Of a stretch of DNA of 64,000 bases, positions 51,201 to 61,662 are shown one piece after another. Source of the stretch: Phoronis australis (taxonomy: Eukaryota; Animalia; Phoronida); assembly GCA_002633005.1 (NCBI GenBank), contig NMRA01000952.1:25817-89816 (forward strand), written 5' to 3'. The notes below the pieces were generated by a model, which did not search any database, was not told the DNA's origin, and saw only the letters and a list, made by a program, of their open reading frames with translations. The translations under genes were made by a program, and so were the position numbers. Each line of letters opens with the position of its first letter. The stretch's first letter is position 1.

Positions 51201-54200
51201 TTTCCAGAGAAGTAGCAGTCAAAGACGTTGCCATTATTAATGACTTTGTGTTTTCAGACCACTCTGCCATTACTTTACATTTTGAAATATCCGAAAATGC
51301 GAAGAGAGGTCCTGGTCTTTGGAAATTTAACACTAGTTATTTAAACGATACCAATTATATAAACAAAATAACTAAATGTGTCGAATTTTATAGTACTAAA
51401 TACCGACATATTCAAGACAAAAATTTAGTGTGGGAATTAATTAAAATGGAAATAAGGAAAACTTCAATCTCTTTTGCAAAAGAGGTTGCAAAGAAGACCC
51501 GCTCTGACGAAATTGTTTTAATAGAAAAAATTAACGCTTTGACAGCCAAGGTGGAAAACGACCCTTCAGAGGAATTAAAAAAAGATTTACAAAAAGCCAA
51601 AATTGATTTGCAAATTATCCAGACCCAAAAAATTAAGGGCTCGATCCTGCGTAGTAAAGCACAATGGGCAGAACAAGGCGAGAATGGAAAATATTTCAAA
51701 AACCTAGAGGTGCGCCACAGCAAGCAAAAACATATTAACGCCCTTAAAGATGGTGCTAAAATTATACATGATGCAGCATGCATACGGAATATGCAAGTGA
51801 ACTATTACAAAAAACTTTACTCCGATATTAAAGAATGCAACGTCGAAAGAACGTATCCAAACGACCTTTTTAATTTACCAATACATAAAAAGCTATCTCC
51901 TGCAGATTCTTACGGTTTAGAAAAAAACCTAACAGAAGAAGAATTGTATGAATCTCTGTTAGAGACAAAACCTAACAAGACGCCTGGTAATGATGGCATC
52001 AGCTATGAATTTTATAAAACCTTTTGGAAGGTAATTAAAGACGATTTATTGGCGAGCGTCACATACAGCTTTGGAATCGGTCACATGTCCAGTTCTCAAA
52101 AGCAAGGCGTAATCACGTTAATCCCGAAAAGTAAAAAGTCCGAGGAATTACTATCTTTAGATAATTGGAGACCTATCTCTCTTTTGAACTGTGACTATAA
52201 ATTAATAACTAAAACAATCGCAAACAAAATATACAAATATATTGACAATTTAATTCATCCAGATCAAACATCCCTGCCGAAACGTTATATAGGCCAGAAT
52301 ATACGTGTAATTGACGATATGATTGAATTTTATAAAGAAAAGCGCACCCCCGGTCACATTGTATTCCTCGATTTCAAGAAAGCGTACGATACTGTAAAGT
52401 GGGAGTTTTTATTTCAGTCCTTAAAAGCTTTTAATTTTGGTGACGTTTTTATCAATAGAATCCGTACATTGTATTCTGGAATTTCGTCATGTGTGATGAA
52501 CAACGGATTTACATCACAGTATTTTAACATAGAGAAAGGCCTCCGACAAGGAGACCCACTATCAAGTCCGCTGTTCGTCCTGTGTGCGGAAATTATGTCA
52601 CATCATATCAGAAGCAATGAATTAATTAGAGGCTTCACAATAGCCAATCACGAAATCAAAATTGCACAGTATGCAGATGATACAGTTCTTTTCATTAAAG
52701 ACTTAGAATCTGGAAATAACTGTTTTAGATTTTTAGATTATTTTGGAACATTATCTGGACTCCACTTGAATTATGAAAAATGCCAAGGGATGTTTGCCTC
52801 AACAATGCACCGAAATCGTAAACCACTTTACGGAATCAGCTGGCCCCAAAAGCCCATTAAAAGTCTAGGAATATTCTTTGGCGGAAGAGGGGATGACGCT
52901 GAAAAACTCAATTTTGATGATAAAATCCAAAAGCTTAAAGACCTGTTTAATATTTGGAAAATACGAAATTTGTCCATAAAAGGCAGAATCTTCCTTACGA
53001 AAACTTATGGTTTATCGAAACTCATTCATGTAGTGTCAACTGTGGGTATCTCCAAAAAAAGAATTCGTGAAGTTAATAAACTTATCAGAGAATTTGTTTG
53101 GTTAAATAAACCACCAAAAATTAAAGAAACTGTGACTATTTTACCATATCAAGAGGGTGGTTTGAAATATCCTAACATGGAACTGATCAAGTTAAACTTA
53201 TTATTTAATTGGGTCAAGCGCTTTAATACAGAGGATGAGGCAAGTTGGAAGATATACCCGAGGCATCTTTTCAGTCGTATTGGCGGTGTCCTCATTTTTT
53301 CATCCAATTTTGAACTGAAAACCCTAAAATGCGAAATTAAGAACCCTTTTTACAAAGATGTTCTCTCAACCTTAGATATTCTTAATCCTGAAATATTTAA
53401 TGAAGTACCAATAGCCAAACAAGTGATATGGAACAATTGTAACTTAACTGTTAACGGTAAATCATTATTTTACCAAGATCTGTACAATGCAGGCCTCATA
53501 TTTTGTGAAGATTTTTTAGATAGCCAGAACAAACTTCTTAAATGGGAAAGCATTAAGAAAAATTATAACTTAAAGGATACGTCTATCATACCATTTTATT
53601 CCACCACAACGACCTTGAAGAAAGTTCTGGGTCCGTCGGATAGAAGGATTGTTAGTTGTAATAACATTAGATTTTTATTCTTCAATAGTTCCACTCCATG
53701 GATCAAAAACACATTTATTCACAAGTTTTCTGTAAAACCAGATAATTATGCGTTTTTACTCAACTACTACACAGACGCCGAAATTAAAGAAATATATAAT
53801 CTCCCTTTTAATCTACCCATAAACCCTCATTTGTCAATGTTTAAATACTTTTTCATTCACAAAAGAATTTATACAAACAAAATGTTAAAAATATTTGGTA
53901 TTTCACAAACAGACCAATGTCCCTACTGTGGCGAAGTCCAGACCTTTCAGCATATGTTTTACAGCTGCGTCTGTGTTAAACGTTTCTGGAATTCTTTACA
54001 TCATTTCATAAGTAAAGTTTTTAATTTACACACTGAGCCATCTATGTACCACTTCTTAGTTTGCTTCTTTGGCAATCTAAGTGAAATCTTCAATACCATA
54101 TACACTCATGCCCAACGTTATATTTATACATCATCGAGAGATAGGTCTCAACCTTGTTTTAATAAGTTTAGATTTATACTTTTTGACGTAGTGAACCTCA

Positions 54201-57200
54201 TTGTATTTAATGCCTCGGATAAAACTTCAGAACAGTGGAGGGTTTTGCAGGCATCTCTTTAAAATGATTCAAACAATATATGGTGTTATTTTTTTAACCA
54301 CTTCTTTTGTATTATAAGAAAATTGACCTTTTCATAAATATGCACCTACGTAAATGTAAACATAAGTTAAGTTAATTAAATCATGTGAATGTGAGTGTGA
54401 ATGAGTGTATGAAAGTCCTTCCCCTTCCCGTTTCCCCCCCTTTCATATTATTCTCGGCTAATTGATTCGCCCAATCATTAGGAGTAATTTCCAGATACTT
54501 ATTTGTTTAATTAAGATGATGTATTATACTCTCGTAAGTTGTAAAGATACGTAGTTGGGGCTACCCAACCCCAGCCGTCTCTACTATTCATTAATGATAT
54601 GCTTGCTGGGTAAATAAACGTATTAAAAAATATAAAAAACGACGGTGCCAATCTAATAACTAATGAAGTGATCAAGATAATAGCAAGAGAGCTTACAGTT
54701 CCTCTGACAATATTATGCAGTAAAATACTGCGATCTGGAAAATTTCATTTAGACTGGAAACTTGGTGTTATGATACTAATACACAAAAAGAACTCCTAAA
54801 CAGACATTGCCAACCACCGCCCCATTTAATCTTTTTGAAGTCTTATTCAGATTTTTGAAAAAAAAATAGTTTTCAACATATGTTTGATCACCACTTGTCA
54901 TAAAAACTCACCTATCGTCGCCAATTTGGATTCATGCCTGGTAACAGCACTATGTCTCAACTTATAGAAATTGTACATGAAATCCACCTTCAGTTTGAAC
55001 ATGCATAAAACGTGAGATCTGTATTTTAGGTATTGCTTCAGCTTTTGATGTCACTCCTGATAATTTGTTTCTAAATAAATTAGAATTTTATGCTTCCCAG
55101 GTACTCTCCTCCTACTTTTAAAATCATATCAGGAATGCCGAACTTACAAAGTCTCACCCTCATAATCTCCAGGTTTCGTAAATTCTGGCGTACCATAGGG
55201 TACCGCACTAGGTCAGTTACTCTTTTTACTGTACACCAATGATCTTCCAGACACAATAAACTCGAAAACATTCTTACATGCTGATGACACTGCAATTTTC
55301 TACCCATTCTCAAAAGAGCATCCCCATGACTCCTTAGAAGAGGAGATCTTCTACATTAACTTGCATTGACAACAGGAATTCCTTACCACCCAAAATAAAA
55401 GAAAGCACTTCAATCGTCACTTTCAAAAATAACTTTAAATTGCATACCATTACTCAAGACATGCCAGTGCCATTGATATCATTCCAACTTCCTCGCAACC
55501 ACGAAATAATCCTATACATATTAAGAATTGGATTATTCCTAAACAACGACAAATTTAGACATGATTTTAATATTTCACCTCTGTCTTCGTTTGGAGACAC
55601 TCAGATAAATGCTCGTATTTTCTTTGTTTGTGCGGTATGGGGGGAACAGAGGGCACAGCTTTTCGAGACATTCGAACAATACCCCAATGGTTAAAGAATA
55701 TTCAGATTTTCCTCAAATATATAACAAAACTGTATTTTTAAATGTATTTAATGAAATAGACCTAAATGAAAATAAGGTTTTATTCGAAATACGTACTATC
55801 AAAATTTCATTTTAATATTAAATCTCTTTGTTGAAGTAAATAAGATTGTATGAATGTAAAATAACTTGTTGTGCATGAAAATGATTTATTTGTAATCTTA
55901 ACATCATGTTATTAATTTATGTATTTGTGTATAATTGTGCATATATTTTTTTACTTATTTAGCCCAGATACAATGCCTCTTGGCGCTTTCTGGATATGTA
56001 TATTTATTGTACTGATTATTTCAGAGTGCAGCAAAGTCGGTCACAAAGGAACAGCGTTATCCGAAAATCTCTTATAGTTCATGAAAAATAGACGTTCCAC
56101 TGAAAAATGGAAAGTATCATCTGAAAGCCCGTTCAAAATTCTATCTAACAGAATAGTTTCGCAAAATTCCGTAAAATTTTCGAAAATTTTCAAATTTTGC
56201 ATTTTATTTTCAAAATTAAAAATCAAATAACTAAAAAACGGTAAGTCTGAGAAAAAAATTGTTTAAGCCATATAAAAGAATATGCCTCAAAGAATCCGCA
56301 TGCAAAATTCACGTCAGTTTTCTTTCAGTTCAAAATGGCACCCCAGGACGACTAAAATGGTTCAAAATGCGTCAGATCTGCCATCTTAAGAGCAACTTCC
56401 GGTTATGCAACACTGGATAATAGCTGCTACAAGAAACTCAAACCTGAAAAAAATTCAAAGCAACTGATCCCACAATGCACCCTCTACAGGATAAATCTTT
56501 TTGTCGCGAAATCGAGGTGTGCATGTGCATTGCCGATATTTCCGCCTTCTTTTACGAAACGTAAATGCTTCCCGGCACATCTGTACCACATGCCAAGTAC
56601 AACAGCTGTGTACGTCAAAAGTTACGGCCCCTATGAGCATTTAAATCTGAAATTGAAAACACAATCGCCGCCATGGCTCCCATCTTGTATCTAGTCAAGA
56701 CGAAAAACAATAGGGTTCCAGAACTTTTTCAAATACAGGTTGTGTGTGAAATTTGTGGAAGTCGGATGAAAAATGCGACCTGAAGAGTGCGAAGAAACAA
56801 AAAACAAACTTAATGGCAACGCCACATACTTGCCGAAATTAATTTAGCCCAGTGAAAAAGGAATTCCCCTTTTGCTAAATGACCTCAAGAGAAAATTATT
56901 AACCGCTCTCCTCAACCACACAAACCACACCCTTCCGTGACGCATGATAGAATGGCAATAAGGTCATCCAACCAGGTAAAGCTGGCCGCCAATCCCTAAA
57001 AAACGACATTATAACAAGCTTTAGCAGGCTTTCAATTCTTGTTGACGGTAGAGTAACACATTGCTAACCTGGCAACGGTGTATTTAAGCTTTGCGTCTCA
57101 GAGTTAATGAACCTACGTGTATGTTACATGTATGATGTTCATGTTTAACAATTCGGTACTGTAGGCACAAAATGACCCTGCGTCTTGTAGTTTGTACCCG

Positions 57201-58816
57201 AACAAAATAAACCGAGATAGTGACGAGTGAAGGGCTAGTTGAAATTTGTTATAAATTTGCACTCCGTCAAAAAATATAGTATATATAATATATAATATAT
57301 ATATATTTTTTGTTAATTGACATTGCTTAAAGTTACGCTTATAGAGTGACCCGCCCGTGACAAGTCAACGTGTACACCGTAGTCTCGAAAAGTAATGAAG
57401 GCTAGTTCTTTCAAAAAAGAAATTAACTCTAATGTGACTTAGGAACAGTTTAAGAACACTTGCTTTTCTGTAAGAGGTCTTAGTCAAATCAATGAGCTAT
57501 CTCCTGGTACAGCTTATTGGTCAAAGTTGTTTTTCTGAGATGAAAAGCCAGTTTAGTCCAGGAGTTTTAAAACCTGCTGAGCTCGTCTTCTTTCAAAATT
57601 TAGATTTGGGGTAAGGTCACAAAATCTTTTTAAAACTTTGTGTTTAAAATAAAAAAGTGCTTTTCAGAAAATAAACAACATTGGAAACAAACATGGGTTA
57701 TAAAACACACCAGGGTACATAAGATGAGACACTTACGTTGGGATCGTTGATTCCGCAAGCAGTCAAGTCGGTAACATACAGTACAAACATTCCATTCGCA
57801 TCTACTTTGTCAATGAAACAGCCTGTAGTGTTGGGATGGCCTTCAACTGAGACACGCTTGTAGGTGAGTCCGTTTGTTTGATTTTGGAGGAACGACACGG
57901 TGACCGTGTTGTTGTAGCACATGTACGTACCTGTGGTGGAACGTTATAATGAGTGGGAGATGGAGACAGGGGGAGGGGGTGAAGAGGGTAGAGATAGAGC
58001 GCAGGCGGAGAAAGGAATTTAGGCTACAGGCTTGCTGCGAGGGCAAGGGGCAGCTGCAAGAGAGCGAGCGGTACAGGCAGGCGGGCAGGCTGGTTTCGAC
58101 GGGGAAGGAGCGAGGTTGCAAGAGAGCGAGTCTGCATTACAGGCAGGAACGTTGGCTGCGAATGGGAGAGGGAGGCAGGGAAGGAGGAAGGCTGCGAGCG
58201 AGCGACATGGGTACAGGAAGGCAAGCATGCAAGCTGACCGCAAATTTAGGAAGGAGAGACTGGGTGAAAAAGAATGCGACCAAGGGAAGGGCAAGGGCCG
58301 GCGGAAAGGCTTGCTGCGAAGGTGGGAAAAGGGTGAGAGCGGAAGGCAGACAGGTGACTGCGGGTGGTTTGGCCGGACTAGAGGTGAGAGAGAGAGAAAG
58401 GGGTGGGGGAGAGAGGGGGAGGGGAGATTGAGAGAGAGAGAAAAAAAGAGTCAAGAGGTCAGTCTCTATTGAAGACATCGAACGAAGAACATGTAACATT
58501 TAAAAACCCCCGATTTAACAAACTATAGCCAACCGTCATTTCTTAAAACGGGAGCTTGTGTTTTTACGTAACGTAACCGCTTTTTAATACCTTCCTAGCT
58601 GCAGCCAGTTGTTTCTTCCAAAACGTGGTCAGTGCAACTCTCAAAGTATTTCGGCATTACTGCTTAAAACCAGAGAACAGTTTGTTAACCTTACAACCAG
58701 TCTCGAGTGTCGCACGACTCACCGTTAGGAGATGGCTGTGAAGGTGTGAGAACCTGAGCCTTAACAGTTACCATGACAATAGCACCAACCACGAGGTATG
58801 TGTAGATGGCAGACAT
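30227..58816 (-). CDS. Zona pellucida (ZP)-domain glycoprotein, 8 coding exons, ~386 aa: signal peptide, ZP-N, ZP-C, furin site, TM, short tail (VEZP/cuticlin-like architecture)
   Basis: Exons 58723-58816, 57737-57930, 45272-45414, 42395-42537, 38931-39006, 38014-38173, 33730-33829, 30227-30477 (1161 nt, all GT-AG, phases 1,0,2,1,2,0,1 consistent). Signal-like MSAIYTYLVVGAIVMVTVKA; four ZP-N Cys (MCYNN, TGCF, TACG, ISCN); LIKNRC; FSAFRF; RKKR; hydrophobic patch VSRVFTLSIP; TM FYAVVAVLAIFLLLMIGVTVLVAA. Confidence 0.85.
31507..31560. repeat. (TG/CG)n microsatellite; another at 45166-45232
   Basis: Directly visible in the sequence. Confidence 0.9.
33730..33829 (-). CDS. ZP gene exon 7 (furin site)
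   Basis: DSTSCNTRKKRSVNDKDTVSRVFTLSIPVTSSN|gtgagt. Confidence 0.88.
35740..36490. repeat. Composite (AGT)n microsatellite punctuated by a gctgtcactaatatt anchor
   Basis: Repeated anchors separated by variable-length agt runs. Confidence 0.95.
38014..38173 (-). CDS. ZP gene exon 6
   Basis: CVSTDVPHANAKVPETNATTSNIYIEFSAFRFYRQSTVKLRVKMTFFKDKKMQ. Confidence 0.88.
38931..39006 (-). CDS. ZP gene exon 5
   Basis: YKGSLVDDVYSISPRGKTMYLIKNR|gtaagt. Confidence 0.82.
42395..42537 (-). CDS. ZP gene exon 4
   Basis: TIAVVPGRVSVPVVKPMTLAEKFGAQVSFVLLGAPVWLCLDIDYSSS|gtaagt. Confidence 0.8.
43135..45045 (+). repeat. 21-bp minisatellite array (consensus aaaacaccattcgtccc[c/t]agt)
   Basis: Dozens of diverged units. 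These produce the spurious NGVLLGT-repeat ORFs on the minus strand. Confidence 0.95.
43388..43713 (+). mobile_element. 5'-truncated LINE/SINE 3' end inserted into the 21-bp satellite
   Basis: An AT-rich UTR-like tract, a GC-rich ggcccccgtggaaagcag...ctgatggggctaccctc segment and an (AATA)n tail. It splits one unit between aaaacaccatt and attcgtccctag. Confidence 0.65.
45272..45414 (-). CDS. ZP gene exon 3 (ZP-N, Cys4)
   Basis: GDGMVSFKVRIHYVYPFDTHEDTITTISCNVTALGPSVIINETFGVNG. Confidence 0.85.
45770..46095 (+). repeat. ~60-bp tandem repeat, with an orphan unit at ~47575-47640
   Basis: Units of ttctaaaacaccc..tctgattaatgttatctggcaaat.gtccatttcc.tacagaatcaa. Confidence 0.8.
46095..46640 (+). 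mobile_element. Degenerate non-LTR RT fragment (a separate LINE)
   Basis: LSPFLFKIFLNDL, LLYVDYM (degenerate LLYADD), VNVDKTEIRVFRNG, FKYLG, FDKTIAPILL*GS. Confidence 0.8.
48300..49392 (+). mobile_element. Degenerate CR1/L2-group LINE, 5' part (APE endonuclease), interrupted by the L1/Tx1 element
   Basis: VVINGNFNA, QLMNEPTR, SCLDL, IGNSDHHII, FNWTEIL, KAWVNNTLLYEINKRNKL; multiple stops. Confidence 0.85.
49782..50322 (+). pseudogene. Disrupted LINE ORF1 (L1-type coiled-coil/RRM/CTD)
   Basis: MADLDLEKRLQSIEDRI..., EQYSRRNSIRIHGI, IDRAHRVG, PRPIIVKFTSY, KKKLKGTRFFISEDL, *SKDGRIF; several stops and frameshifts. Confidence 0.85.
50648..54262 (+). CDS. LINE ORF2p: APE endonuclease + reverse transcriptase + C-terminal Cys/His motif (probably inactive)
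   Basis: GDFN, SRIDMW, SDH (APE); PGNDG, NWRPISLLNCDYK, LDFKKAYD, GLRQGDPLS, YADD (RT); CPYC..QT..HMF..C. The natural ATG at 50570 is followed by an in-frame TAG at 50582-50584. Confidence 0.93.
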   Translation: MKQRNYDIVYLQKTYSVPVSIDKWEREWGGPVFSSHGTNHSKGTAILIHPRLDFEPSLVQNDTYGRYNVLNCKIAEQDFILLNLYFPNETRKQVEFLDFIKLELHNILNNQSILCAGDFNCAPTDLDKKGKLLYSTKSPVIQNINFFKSNFKLYDVWRENNPGVRKYTWRDKNMSCQSRIDMWLISREVAVKDVAIINDFVFSDHSAITLHFEISENAKRGPGLWKFNTSYLNDTNYINKITKCVEFYSTKYRHIQDKNLVWELIKMEIRKTSISFAKEVAKKTRSDEIVLIEKINALTAKVENDPSEELKKDLQKAKIDLQIIQTQKIKGSILRSKAQWAEQGENGKYFKNLEVRHSKQKHINALKDGAKIIHDAACIRNMQVNYYKKLYSDIKECNVERTYPNDLFNLPIHKKLSPADSYGLEKNLTEEELYESLLETKPNKTPGNDGISYEFYKTFWKVIKDDLLASVTYSFGIGHMSSSQKQGVITLIPKSKKSEELLSLDNWRPISLLNCDYKLITKTIANKIYKYIDNLIHPDQTSLPKRYIGQNIRVIDDMIEFYKEKRTPGHIVFLDFKKAYDTVKWEFLFQSLKAFNFGDVFINRIRTLYSGISSCVMNNGFTSQYFNIEKGLRQGDPLSSPLFVLCAEIMSHHIRSNELIRGFTIANHEIKIAQYADDTVLFIKDLESGNNCFRFLDYFGTLSGLHLNYEKCQGMFASTMHRNRKPLYGISWPQKPIKSLGIFFGGRGDDAEKLNFDDKIQKLKDLFNIWKIRNLSIKGRIFLTKTYGLSKLIHVVSTVGISKKRIREVNKLIREFVWLNKPPKIKETVTILPYQEGGLKYPNMELIKLNLLFNWVKRFNTEDEASWKIYPRHLFSRIGGVLIFSSNFELKTLKCEIKNPFYKDVLSTLDILNPEIFNEVPIAKQVIWNNCNLTVNGKSLFYQDLYNAGLIFCEDFLDSQNKLLKWESIKKNYNLKDTSIIPFYSTTTTLKKVLGPSDRRIVSCNNIRFLFFNSSTPWIKNTFIHKFSVKPDNYAFLLNYYTDAEIKEIYNLPFNLPINPHLSMFKYFFIHKRIYTNKMLKIFGISQTDQCPYCGEVQTFQHMFYSCVCVKRFWNSLHHFISKVFNLHTEPSMYHFLVCFFGNLSEIFNTIYTHAQRYIYTSSRDRSQPCFNKFRFILFDVVNLIVFNASDKTSEQWRVLQASL
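54635..56020 (+). mobile_element. Degenerate CR1/L2-group LINE, 3' part (RT and 3' UTR)
   Basis: ARELTVPLT..SGKF..DWK...IHKK, NHRPI, QFGFMPGNSTMSQL, SAFD, GVP, LYTNDLP, ADDTA; a 3' stem-loop-like gcccagatacaatgcc...ggcgctttctgg near 55960-55995. Confidence 0.82.
57737..57930 (-). CDS. ZP gene exon 2 (ZP-N, Cys1-3)
   Basis: TYMCYNNTVTVSF...TTGCFIDK...LYVTDLTACGINDPN|gtaagt. Confidence 0.88.
57950..58450. repeat. GA-rich low-complexity tract in ZP intron 1
   Basis: Purine-rich with recurring gcaggc/gcgag motifs and (GA)n. Confidence 0.75.
58723..58816 (-). CDS. ZP gene exon 1 (signal peptide)
   Basis: caagATG start, MSAIYTYLVVGAIVMVTVKAQVLTPSQPSPN, G|gtgagt donor. Confidence 0.8.
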
Positions 58817-61220
58817 CTTGCTAGTACCTTAGAAAAATAAAGGTTAAAGATCCAAATAATAACAGCATTGGTGACGTAGGGTTTCAAATATAGGTCAAGT
58901 TTTAAACTTCTGAAAATGTGTTCATTGAGTAATAACTTGACTAGTCATCACAAAACTGTGAAACGAAACCGCTGATTTTTCTAACACGTTTTAATAACGT
59001 CGATCATCAGTGACAACGTGAGACGACGATTGTGTGACGTCGATTTAGTTATCCCTCGTATTAGATCCAGTTTCATAAGTCAATAAAATATGAAAGCATT
59101 AAAGTTTAGAAAATGATATTTCTTTTGTTTTCGGTATTTGCCTTTTTTTTCTATAATCTTTTCATCCACAGTCCGTCCCTGGTTGATGTTCCACTGTCCC
59201 AATGCTCACAGGTAGGTTACCCTAGTTTTCCATGCATAATTCATCCATGTCTTTATGTTTGCCTTGGTTAAAACTAATTTCAATTTTGCATTCTCTGCCT
59301 GTTCATTGAAAAGTGCTCCAGGTTTCGCACTAATTTCAATTCATTAACCCCTTCCCTCCTCGAAAAGTATTATTTTGCGCATATGGGCTCATTGTCTAGT
59401 AGCCTGAAATAAGCTCCTAGAAATCCTTGGTAGTAGAAGGTTTGTCAGCTGTTTCAAGTCTAACTTCGTCTCCTGAAGCATTCAGCTGGGTCGTAATCTT
59501 CACAACCTTGAGCATTTTAGCATTTTTAATGTGCAAGTTAAGTCCCCCGTTAAGCAAAAGTTTGTATTTGATCATAACTTCCATACCAAGCTTTGCAGGT
59601 ATACTAGTTTGATGTTTTCACCCATGTTTCTATGGTCAGTGAATATAAAGGGGGTGAATAAATCCATAATTTGCATAAATTATGCAAACTGAGGCAGCTT
59701 TTATTGAAAATTGTGCACTACAGGTAAATTATGTTGATGTTTGCAGCCATGTTTATGTGGACAGTGAATTTAATGGAGGTACTTTGACAGGGGATACATC
59801 TGAAATTTGCATAAAATATCCTAATTCGCCAAATTATCTACCTTTGTACTTGGTAAGGAAGTTATAGGCAAAAACCGAATTTTGCATGACGGCGGCCTTA
59901 ATTTGCATATTTAAAAAATGGTCAAATTTGTTAAGATTACAATCCAGCTAAAATACTTCAATGGGACCACCTCAACATGAAACAATCAAAAAACGTATAC
60001 TACTGTACCAAAAATTTCTAGGTAACCAATGGGCGTCCTAAGTGGACTCTATCTTTGATTACTGGGCTATCATGCATGCGCATCAAGAGATGGAGTAGAA
60101 ATTGGGGAGAGTTGTTACCAGGCTTGGAGAACACCACTTTAGAAGGACACTAAACCGACGGGACATACATGTAGCGCTGGAGAAACATGGAGACGCATGG
60201 GTATAATGAGATTAGCTGACTACCGCCTGAGAAGTCGTTGGAAGTGAGAATAAAAAGAGTGAAGATTTATGGTCGAACTCTTTTTTCATTTGGTGGAGGC
60301 ACTGCGATCCGATTTCGGTCGGTGCACGTTTTTACACGAGGGCTTTTTTGTTGTGATAAAATGCAATGAATTTTGATGTCGAAACATCAAAACAAGACAG
60401 CATGGTCCAGGCCTTCCCCTAAAAGGTTACAGGAGTGGATTTATAAGCCTCATCTGGTCTAAGTTCCACACGGCCTGCATGATATCACAACCTTTGTCGT
60501 CACAAAAGTCGATTTCGCCCAGTGTCAACCGTAATATTTTAAGTTAATACAGAAAAATACCTACATATACTACTTGCCTGTAAACCTCGCAAGAAATGCT
60601 TCAAATGACAAACTGCACGTTTTAATGCCTAACTCTTGATTTTATACCAGTTAGAGCGTATCCGTGAATTAGCAATACAATATATTGGCGTAGAGTCTCG
60701 AATAATATTACAATCGGTTCGTTGCATTCATTATTTGATATGTACCTTTGTAATAAACACGATAAAGGAGTGGCCGAATTATTTTGTCGTTGTAGCAGCT
60801 GACATGTAAACAGTACAGTAGATCGTGGGAAGCATTGGGTTAAGTACTTTCAGCAGGGATTGTCGGAAGTTAAAACAATGTACTACCCCGGTCGGTGGTC
60901 CTCTTAGACTGACGTAATGGTTAGGGTTCGGGATACGGTTGCAAGTTCTCGACAAACGTCAGTAACCATCAACTGAGAAAAAAGCAAGTAACAAAACAAA
61001 TCTATCGTACGTCCTACGAGCTTTCTAAAAATCCACTTTTTGCACAATGCTTCATCATTAACACTATTCAAATGTATCCACACTACATATACCTCCAGTA
61101 TCTCTTACTTTCAGAAAACCTCGTCAAGTAAGTGAAATACAATGCCAGGTTTAGTGTTTTGTCTTGAAATGTGTCGGATTGTTAAAATCGATTCGTACGC
61201 ATTCCGGAGCATAGATTTCT

Positions 61221-61662
61221 GGGGCCGGTTGCATGAAACAATGCAAATAGGGACTCAACTAAGTTCCCTAAATATTTTTCGTATTTGTTTCGTTCTCTAG
61301 GCACAGATGTAACATTTTCATATAATTTTATCTTTATTACGAGATCTTTGTTTGGCCAATGGCATTTTCTAATAATATAACTAAAAACTGAGCCTTTAGT
61401 TCAATCAAAATAATTAGGGACTTAGTGCTTAAGTTGGGGGCGTTGTATGAAAAGATCCCTATTTATTTTCAATAATACATGTATTAATAATTCAATGTAG
61501 AGTTCACTCTCGATTTGCATCAAAGCCAAAAACTGACATAGTAATGATACTCGAACACCATAGGATAGGACAATCAGAGTTTTCAAAAGCCCGCAAATAC
61601 GCAGAAGATTTAGGGAACTTAGCTTTGTCCCTATTTGGGACTGTTTCATGAGACCGGGCACA
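61221..61662. mobile_element. MITE with ~50-bp TIRs; truncated relative at 63672-63794
   Basis: ccggttgcatgaaacaatgcaaatagggactcaactaagttccctaaat versus atttagggaacttagctttgtccctatttgggactgtttcatgagaccgg. Confidence 0.8.

Larger units (their letters stand above)
49393..54634 (+). mobile_element. Full-length L1/Tx1-like non-LTR retrotransposon (~5.2 kb)
   Basis: The 8-bp TSD AAAAACGA lies at 49385-49392 and 54635-54642. The element has a 5' UTR, a broken ORF1, an APE-RT-Cys/His ORF2, and AATAAA plus an A-rich 3' end. Confidence 0.92.

Noticed and set aside
50836-51783. Antisense ORFs of 165 and 123 aa
   Set aside because: Shadow frames of LINE ORF2.
57843-58499. Several overlapping ORFs on both strands
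   Set aside because: Low-complexity GA-rich intron sequence that is poor in stop codons; no recognisable domain.
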